A DNA stretch of 14,229 nucleotides from Fonticula alba ATCC 38817 (lineage: Eukaryota; Protista; Nucleariida): the NCBI GenBank assembly GCA_000388065.2, contig KB932216.1; one strand, 5' to 3'. The position numbers and the translations under genes are program-made. The notes under the pieces are model-generated. The model searched no databases. It was given only the letters and a program-made list of their open reading frames with translations, and was not told the DNA's origin. Every line of letters begins with the position of its first letter. The stretch's first letter is position 1. Shown piece after piece: positions 7,240-14,229 of this stretch.

Positions 7240-10200
7240 CTACGAACTGCCCACGGGGAAGGGTTGGCTGTTGCTCAGAACCAGCATCCCATGCTCGTGC
7301 GACACGTAGCCCTTCATGAAGCCCTGCGTGTGTGTGTGTGTGGGGGGGGGGGGGGGCGAGGAAAAAAGCGCTCGGGGTCAGCCGCGTCGCCGGGAGACGG
7401 TGCGCAAGCAGCGAGAAGTGGGAGCCGGGCGGGAGGTCGGCGGGGCCGTCCCCTCGCCTCCGGGGCGGGGGGCGAAGCCCGCATCGCCCGGGCGCGCACC
7501 TGGTCGATCAGCGAGCTGAGCATGGTCTCGATGTGGACGAGATCGGCCTCCGCGCCCTTGTCCTCGGCCGCCGGCCGGGCGCCCTTCGCCTGGGGGTCGA
7601 GACGCGCGATGGCGTCCAGATGCCGGCGCGAGGGGCCCGACGGATCGGCGAAGGGGGTCAGCAGCTCGGCCAGCGAGGGCGCCGGCCCGGGGGCCCGGTG
7701 CGACGTGTATGGCAGGGCCGCCGGCAGCGTGCGCACCACCTCGCGGCAGGCTGCCAGCGTGGTAAGCGGCACGCGCGACGAGCCGATCGCCGCCGCACTG
7801 CCCGCGTTGAGGGGAGCCGGCGGGGGGGAGGGGGGAGGAGGGGGAGGGGGAGAAGAGGAGGAGGGGGAGAAGAGGAGGAGGGGGAAAGAGAGACACGGAA
7901 GAGAGACAAAAGGAGAGGCAGAAAGAGAGGCAGAAAGAGAGGCAGAAGAGAGACAAAAAACACACACAAAAACACACAAAAGAAGACAATAAGAGACACA
8001 AACAAAGACAATAAGAGACACAAACAAAGACAATAAAAGACACAAACAAAGACAATAAAAGACACAAAAACACACAAAAAAGAAAAAGATAGAGAGCAGA
8101 CACCCAACAAGCAAACCGACACCGGTGCGTTAGACACACACGTCCAGGAGCAACAGGGCCAAAGACACAGAACAGGAGCATGGAGGGCCATACCTGCGCC
8201 GGACGAGGCTGGCCCAGGTGCAGATGCGCGCGCGCTCCCACAGCAAGAGCAGCCGCCACCGGGCCAGCCAGCTGCTGCAGGACCCGAGCACCGCATCGAA
8301 GAGCCCCAGATGCCCGGCCACCACCGCATACAGCAGGGCGTAGCACGGCGCCGGCAGGTGCCCCAGCACCACCGGGCCCTTGCCGGCCCCCGGGCGCTGG
8401 TAACTCCCAGCCAGCCAGGCCGTCGTGGCCGGCCCATACAGCGCCTGCTCCACGGCATATGGCCGGCCCCAGCGCGAGCCCGCCGAAGGGCCGCCCAGGT
8501 ACACCCGCAGCCCGGCCAGGCCCACCGGCCGGTTGAGGATCAGCGAGCAGGGCACCAGGTACATGAGGATTAGACTGGAGGGCGCGGTGAAGACCACCCA
8601 CCGGCACCGGCAGCAACAGCAGCAACAGCAGCAACAGCGCCAGGCAAGTGGCCAGGCCGCGAGGGAGGCAGCGAGGCGCGCCCGGGCGCGCCGGAAACCC
8701 CGGTCGAGTAAGCGCCGTCCGTCAGTTGGCTGGCCCGGCAAGCCGGCAGAGGAAGGGACACAAGGGAAGGCCCGAGCTGACGTACCGGCGATTGGTGGCG
8801 CTGGCGTTGACGCGTGGCGAGCGCCACAGCAGCGAGAAGTCCTCGAAGGCCGCCTCAATGCGCGACGCCTCGATCGACCGCAGGGCACGCAGGAAGATGC
8901 TCACGATGTTCGGCGACCCGAGGTCCCCGTGGAAGGAGTAAAACCGCGAGGCCAGCGACGCCGGCGGGTAGATGGCCGCCTGCACCGCGCGATAGATGGC
9001 CTCCATTTCGCGATGGCGCAACAACTGCCCACATTCCCCCCGGCGGAGTCGCCGGGCCGCCGCCCACCAACACCACCACCCCAGGCACGGGAGTCAGAAC
9101 CACAACCACAAAAGAGGGACGCCGGACACGGGCCCAGCGAGGGAGGCCAGAAAAAAAAAAAAAAAAAAAAAAGGGTGGGGGGGAAAAAAAATGGCGGGGG
9201 GCCCCGCGCACCAGGAACAGCACGCGCGAGTATTCGTTGGCCAGCGTGGCCGCGGCCCAGCGCCGGGCCCCGCCGCCGCCGCCCATGATCATCTGCTGGG
9301 TGACGCTGTGCAGCAGGGTGGCACACTGGCGCAGGAGGCCCTGGGCCAGGTCCCGCCGGCGCTGGCCGGCCGCCCCGCGCGCCGCCAACGCATCCAGCGC
9401 CACCGAGCTCCGGGAGGCCGTGCGCAACAGGTCGTCGGTCGAGTCGCCGGGCTCGGCGGCCGAATCGTCGGCCGCCAGCAGCAGCAGACGCCGCGCCACG
9501 GCGTATGTGGCCAGGCGGAAGCTCCGCGCCAGGCTCGCCCCGAGCCCGGCATAGAAGAGGGCATTGCCCCGCAGGTGCGGCTGCAGCGACGTACAGGCGG
9601 CGCAGGGAGGAACCAGCAGGGGACATCGGCAGGGGGGGGGGGGAAGGCGGAAGTTAAGGAGACACCGTTCACATGGCCATTCGGGCGGGGAAGGAGGGGA
9701 GAGAGAGAGAGAGAGAGAGAGAAAGCAGGGCCGAAGGGGACAGGGGGCGGGGCAGGAAAAGGGACGGGAAAAAAAGAAGCGGGCGAAAGCGCGCATGCCG
9801 GCGAAGCGCCAATGTAGGGCGGCATCCGCCGGCATGACACAGGCAACCGGCACAGGAAGGATATTGCAAAGCGGCCTGCGTGGCCAGCAGCTCGCCGAGA
9901 GCGCACTCCAGCAGCAGCGCGTCGAAGGACCCGACCGCCAGTGGGCGCACAATGGCCGCCACCCGGGCCGCGGCCCGGCCCTGGCCGGCCAGGCGGTGCC
10001 AAAACCGCCCGGCCATGGCCTCGGCCGGCGCACCGCCACCAGGCAGCAGCAGCCCGGCCAGCGGCGGCGGCGACGGCCGGTGCTGCTGCGGCAACCCCCG
10101 CGACGAGGCCACCGGCGGGGTGCCGTCCTCGCGCAGGAACAGCGGGTCGGCCAGCGCCTCGGCCAGCAGGGCCGCCGCCGGGGCGGCCGCGGCGCCCTTG

Positions 10201-10563
10201 CCACCGGCCGCAGGCTCGGCCGGGCAGCCCGACGGCAGCACCGCCCCGGGGTCCGCACCGGCGGCATACTTCGCGGCCCCGGCGAAGCCCCGGTCGCGGG
10301 CCGCCTGGGCCAGCTGCTCGGCCCGCGCGCGCCAGCCCCACCCCGTCACCACGGCCTCCAGCAGGTCCGCCATCCAGCCGGCCAGGCCCGGCGCGCCGGC
10401 CACCGCCATCTGGTCGCTCAGCAACAGGACCAGAGCCGGCCCGGCGGCCCCGACGCCCGAGGCCCCGCTCGTGCTGGCTGCCAGCCCGGCGCCAAGGACC
10501 CGGGCCAGCCCCAAGCGCCGGAGGTAGTCGGCCCGGAAGTCGGCGTCCGGGCCCGGGGCAGCG

Positions 10564-10597
<34 letters not shown>

Positions 10598-11120
10598 ATG
10601 CTGAGCCGCCGCCGGCACCCGGCCAAAAGAGCCCGGCCGTGCCCGGGTCCCGCGGCGCTCCGCACGGCAGGCTCAGCAAGCGCCCAAGCAGGTCGGTGCG
10701 CTCGACCCCGGCCGCGATGGCCAGCTGGAAGCGCGCCGCCGGCGTCCCGGCGTCAATCTGCCCGAAGTCGAAGTCGGCCTCCAGCCGCGGGTCATCCCCG
10801 GAGGCCGAGGCCCCCGGCTCGGCCAGCAGCTCCGCCGCCCGGGCGAAGTAGCCCAGCACGGCGGCGCGGCTGGCCGGGTCGGCCGGCGCCAGCGGCGCCC
10901 GCAGCGGGCCCGGCCCGGCGCCCAGGCGCGTCCCGGGGACCGCCTGCGGCCCGGGCCCCGGCGACACGGGCGGCGAGGCGCGCTTGCGCGTGCGCTCGCC
11001 CTCCTCGCTGGCGCCGCCATCGGCCGGCGCCGCATCACGCGCCCGGCGCCGGGTGCCGGATGCCGACCCGGCACCGGACCGGGCCTTCGCCCTCGTCTGG
11101 ACAGACCGCGGGGGGGCCAT
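7240..11120 (-). CDS. PCID2: PCI-domain protein of the PCID2/Thp1/Csn12 family (TREX-2 subunit-like), about 878 aa; exons (minus) 11120..9865, 9590..9212, 9024..8786, 8574..8194, 7797..7500, 7323..7240
   Basis: The spliced product contains RRWAAATLANEYSRVLF (cf. PCID2 KKWGMLFLVNQLFKIYF), NRRLILMYLVPCSLIL (cf. NKRMILIYLLPVKMLL) and the C-terminus IETMLSSLIDQGFMKGYVSHEHGMLVLSNSQPFP (cf. [34 protein letters not shown]). Reference motifs are quoted from memory. Exon lengths sum to 2637 nt (879 codons) and all phases close. Confidence 0.87.
7324..7499 (-). other. U2 intron (176 nt, phase 0) of the PCID2 gene
   Basis: CAG|GTGCGC donor; GGCTGAC with branch A at 7378; CGCAG| acceptor; joins LIDQ to GFMKGY, restoring the family motif. 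Confidence 0.92.
7798..8193 (-). other. U2 intron (396 nt, phase 2) of the PCID2 gene with a distant branch site
   Basis: CAG|GTATGG donor; GTCTAAC with branch A at 8130; GGCAG| acceptor at 7798; no internal AG. Confidence 0.87.
7983..8070. repeat. Intronic minisatellite, 4 x 22 bp (AAGACAATAARAGACACAAACA), next to about 3 x 12 bp (GAGAGGCAGAAA, 7913-7947)
   Basis: Units start at 7983, 8005, 8027 and 8049. Confidence 0.92.
8575..8785 (-). other. U2 intron (211 nt, phase 2) of the PCID2 gene
   Basis: CG|GTACGT donor; AACTGAC with branch A at 8722; TCCAG| acceptor; joins TNR-R-LILMYL, restoring the family motif. Confidence 0.9.
8611..8638. repeat. (CAGCAACAG)x3 repeat inside an intron
   Basis: Lies within intron 8575..8785; the poly-Q and poly-C translations in the ORF track are artefacts. 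Confidence 0.85.
9025..9211 (-). other. U2 intron (187 nt, phase 0) of the PCID2 gene
   Basis: CTG|GTGCGC donor; TTCTGAC with branch A at 9094; the first downstream AG is GGCAG| at 9025; frame closes. Confidence 0.87.
9591..9864 (-). other. U12-type (minor spliceosome) AT-AC intron, 274 nt, phase 2
   Basis: 5' end CA|ATATCCTTCC (9864..9855); branch box TCCTTAAC (9660..9653); 3' end TGTAC| (9591). Splicing joins ORF 9669..11120 in frame to the downstream PCI exons (AALQ-SLQPHL). Confidence 0.85.
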
Positions 11121-11344
11121 GGCTACAGCGGGCGATAAGAGACAACAAAGGGGGGGGGGGGAGGGGAGGGAGGGAGGGAGAGGAGGGGGGAAAAGGGGAA
11201 AAAGGAAGGAGCAAATGCGGCGAGAGGCGCGGATCGACTCTAGAGAAGGCGCGGCTAGCCCCCGGGGCCCGGCCGAGCCCCCTCCCCCGGCACCGGAGCG
11301 GCTCTTGTCCCCCCGCCGCAGGACGCGTGCGTTGGCACTTGGAT

Positions 11345-11376
11345 GGAAAGCAGTTTATCGAGATATAATGTACAGA
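11345..11376 (-). promoter_or_regulatory. AT-rich island, candidate 3'-end processing signal of the MFS gene (or core promoter element of PCID2)
   Basis: The minus strand reads TGTA-CAT-TATAT-CTC-GATAAA; it is the only AT-rich patch in a very GC-rich intergenic region. Confidence 0.35.
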
Positions 11377-11731
11377 GAAGGTGAAGGTGAAAGGGGGGGC
11401 GGGGGGCGGGGGGGGGCGGGGGCGACCCGCAACAGGCGAGCCCCGGGAAAGGGCGGAGACCGCGGAGGGCGGGGCGGGGCCGTGCCTCGGGGGCGCGGGG
11501 CGCAGCCGGAGGACCGGCGGCAACGGCGACGGCAGACGCGGGAGGGGGGGGGGCGGCGGGAGGGACGGAGCCGGCCCGCCCCGGGGCCGGGGGGCCGGGG
11601 GGGGGGGCGGGCGGCGGGCGGCAGCCGGGTCCGGCCTGCGCGCGCGCGCGCGGAGCATGCGCAGTTCCGCCCGCTGCCTGGCCTGCCCCCGCCCGCCCCG
11701 GCCGGCTTCGCGCGCCTCAGCCCTCCTGGCG

Positions 11732-14136
11732 TCAGAGCCCCCCCGGGAAGTAGGCGTCCTGGAGCAGGTCGCCCGGCCCGGCGCCCGGTGGCACCCGGCC
11801 GCCATCCGGATCGTCGCTCCACTCGTTGTCGCTCATGTAGTCGATCATCCACGAGGAGAGGGCCATGTGCTGGTCGCTGGCCGCCTCGGCCAGGAGGTCG
11901 GCGCTCCGGCGCGACAGCTCCGCCGCCGGCTTCGAGCCCCGCGGCCCGGCCGCCGGGGCACCAGGCGCCAGGGACGTGCCGAAGAGCGTGGCCGCCGACG
12001 CATCCGAGGCCGACCGCGCGGCCGGCACCGGCCGGCTCGCCCCGCCGCCGGGAATGTCCCCTGCCGCCGTGGCCACTGCCACTGTCGCCTCTTGTTGCTG
12101 CGGCTGCGGCAGCGGCTGCGGCTGCGGCTGCGGCTGCTGCTCCGGTCGCAGGGTGTACGGGTTGGTGGTGAAGTCGTCCCCGACATCGCCAAACTCATCG
12201 AGAGTCGAATAGTCGTGCTGCAGCAGGAAGGACACGCCCCGGGCCCGGCCCCCGGCCCGGGGATTGCCCAGCCCGGCGGCCGTGAACGAGCCGGACCCCG
12301 GGTCGGCCATCGACCCGAAGGTCGTGGTCGAGTGCCGGGCCCATGCCCGGCCGACGTCCGAATCCAGCGACATGGTGGACATGCGCCGGCTGTCGGCGTC
12401 CGAGGCGTCGGCAACACGGGCACCGCCGCCGCCGGAGCCGGCCCCGCTGGAGCTGCCGCCGGTGCCGCCATCGTGCCGGGAGCCCGCGGCGCGGCCGGTC
12501 GACCGGGCGTCAAGGCGCTCCGCCTCGGAGCTCAAATCCACGGCCTCCTGGTAGGGATCGAAGTCCGGCGGCCGGCGGTGCGGCACCAGCCGCGGCCAGA
12601 ACACCAGCAGCAGGGCAATGGCGAAGATGGACGCAAAGAAGCACGCATACAACAACGCATCACCCAGGGGATTCAGGTCGTAGAAGACCACCGACAGCAT
12701 GTGCCCCAGGGCCCGGGCAAAGAGCGTGGCCCCGAGGATGATCGGAATCAACAGCGAGTAGTACATGGGCCCGGAAATTTGGATGAACATCATCATGGAG
12801 AAGGACTGCAGCAGCGGGTAGCCGATGGCGAAAAACAGGTCGAACACCAGGAACCGCCAGATGGGGGTGATCTCCTTGGAGAAGCTGTTGGCTCCGATCG
12901 AGCCGACTGCATCGCCCGGGCAAGCGCGACATCATTAGTATCATTCGGCCGGCGGCCACTGTCCTTCCCCTGCCCTGGCCCGCGCGGCCGCCCACGGCCC
13001 CACCCTCGCGACACCAGCGCCCGGGGCACCCCTCGCTCCCGCCCTGGCGGCTGGGGAGGGGGGGAGAGGGAGAGGAAGGGGGGGGGGGGGGGGGGACAAA
13101 GACGCACCTGCCATGATGACCAGCCCCAGCAGCATGCCAATCCGGTAGTTGGGGAAGATATTGGCCAGCCGGAAGATGAAGACCGTCAGCGAGGAGAGGA
13201 TGGCCAGCACGGCGTAGAAGTAGGACACCGCATTCAGGTCCCAGTCGTAGAGCTCCGTCAGGAAGGGCGGCGTGGCCGTGAAGAGGGCCGAGCACACCAA
13301 ATTCCCCACGCCCGAGAGGGTGGCCGTGATGAGGAGGGCCCCGCGGTCGACGCCGCGCATCCTGAACATGCTGAACAGCTGCATGACATTCTCGCGCTTG
13401 ATGGCGCGGCGGAGGCGCCGCTGGGGGGGTGGGGAAGGTGGGGGGACGAGGGAAGAGGAGCAGAGACAAGTGGAGCAGAGACAAGAGGAGCAGAGACAAG
13501 AGGAGCAGAGACAAGTGGAGCAGAGACAAGTGGAGCAGAGACAAGAGGAGCAGAGAGAGAAGAGAAAGAGAGGAGAAGAGAAAGGAAAGAGAGAAGAGAA
13601 AGGAAAGAGAGAAGAGAAAGAGAAGAAACAAGCAACAGAAGGCAGGGGCAATCCGAAAAAGGGCTCCACGTCAGACACCGCCCGTGGCAGGCACACAGAA
13701 GAAAAAAAACGACAACGAACCCGCTCTTGCTGACGATGGAAAGAATCCAGCGCCTCCTGCTCGGCCTCCGACAGGGACGGCCGCCGCGGGGGCGCATTGG
13801 CGTCCGAGGCCGAGGCGCCGGCCACCTCACCGGCGGCCACGCCGTCCGGAGGATTCACCGGAGCCGTGGCCTCGGCCGCGCTGTAGGGCTCATCGCCATC
13901 GGCCAGCAGCGGCTGTGCCAGATTCCCCTCCGAAGGGTCGGCCGCCTCCTCGCCGGAGCCCACCAGCGTCGGGCGCCGGCTCGGCACCGATTGCAAGCTC
14001 AGCGCCTGCCCGGCCACCAGGAGGACCTGCGTCGGGCGGTACTCATCGAACAGGAAGATGGCGATGGCCACCAGCACGAAGGAGAAGACAATGGACAGGA
14101 GCCCCGGCGCGCGGAACGGCGTGATGAGGATTTTGC
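11732..14136 (-). CDS. MFS transporter, MFSD8/CLN7-like, 5'-partial (start lies beyond the window); exons (minus) 14136..13721, 13420..13108, 12906..11732
   Basis: Several hydrophobic transmembrane segments. The order PFRAPGLLSIVFSFVLVAIAIFLFDEY, long loop, DRGALLITATLSGVGNLVCSALFTATPPFLTELYDW, then FDLFFAIGYP and LLLVFWPRLVP resembles MFSD8-family helices 6-12. Splice phases (1/0/1) close and the stop is TGA at 11734..11732. Confidence 0.78.
12907..13107 (-). other. U2 intron (201 nt, phase 1) of the MFS gene
   Basis: CAG|GTGCGT donor; TACTAAT with branch A at 12935; TGCAG| acceptor; frame closes. Confidence 0.9.
13421..13720 (-). other. U2 intron (300 nt, phase 0) of the MFS gene with a distant branch site
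   Basis: CGG|GTTCGT donor; GTCTGAC with branch A at 13671; CCCAG| acceptor; no AG between 13663 and 13423. Confidence 0.85.
13457..13555. repeat. Intronic minisatellite, 6.5 x 15 bp (GGAGCAGAGACAAGW), followed by an 18-bp unit x~2.7 (13573-13620)
   Basis: Units start at 13457, 13472, 13487, 13502, 13517 and 13532. Confidence 0.93.
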
Positions 14137-14229
14137 CTGCACCCAACCGCACGAAAGGCAGCCGGACGGGACGGGAGAGAGGCAGGGAGAGAGAGAGAGA
14201 GGGAGGGAGAGAGGGAGAGGGAGAGAGAG
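14137..14229 (-). other. 3' part of an MFS gene intron running off the window
   Basis: (CT)n/pyrimidine tract ending GTGCAG| at 14137; no other AG and no branch motif within the 93 nt visible. Confidence 0.75.

Noticed and set aside
8425-9288. Poly-Q and poly-K stretches in the plus-strand ORF, and poly-C in minus ORF 8130..8888
   Set aside because: They come from intronic (CAG/CAA)n and A-runs inside introns 8575..8785 and 9025..9211.
9794-9875. GC-AG donor models for PCID2 intron 1 (CAG|GCCGCT at 9875, CAT|GCGCGC at 9794, G|GCATGC at 9798 with a separate start MPPYIGASP)
   Set aside because: Each has poor consensus or needs a split gene. The AT-AC model explains the donor, branch, acceptor and phase together.
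1261-13720. Apparent excess of 3n-length introns (5 of the 10 with defined ends)
   Set aside because: The sample is too small to differ meaningfully from the one-third expected; only the two stop-free cases are kept as low-interest findings.
1-14229. Herpesvirus-like or actinobacterial origin suggested by very high GC and G/C runs
   Set aside because: Spliceosomal introns with branch sites and eukaryote-specific genes (PCID2-like, MFSD8-like) indicate a cellular eukaryote; no viral, transposase or prokaryotic operon signatures were seen.

Overview
GC-rich eukaryotic genomic DNA with three compact, intron-containing genes, all on the minus strand in tandem and about 560-610 bp apart. The fungal-like CTRAC/CTAAC branch sites, Ala/Gly/Pro-inflated proteins and microsatellite-filled introns suggest a Fonticula-like protist, but that attribution is a low-confidence inference. 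From right to left: (1) a 5'-truncated MFS transporter resembling MFSD8/CLN7, with a long C-terminal tail (11732..14136); (2) an expanded PCI-domain protein of the PCID2/Thp1/Csn12 family, about 878 aa (7240..11120); (3) a very large, divergent WD40/beta-propeller-like protein, about 1880 aa (116..6676). I built the exon structures by hand, and reading frame and phase close at every junction except one ambiguous donor. Two splicing signals stand out. The first intron of the PCID2 gene has complete U12-type (minor spliceosome) AT-AC signals with an unusually distant branch site, and it lies inside an in-frame GT-AG pair (possible twintron). Several U2 introns have their best branch motif 49-66 nt from the 5' splice site but 147-332 nt from the 3' splice site, separated from it by AG-free tandem-repeat tracts. 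The long plus-strand ORFs are antisense shadows of GC-rich coding DNA.
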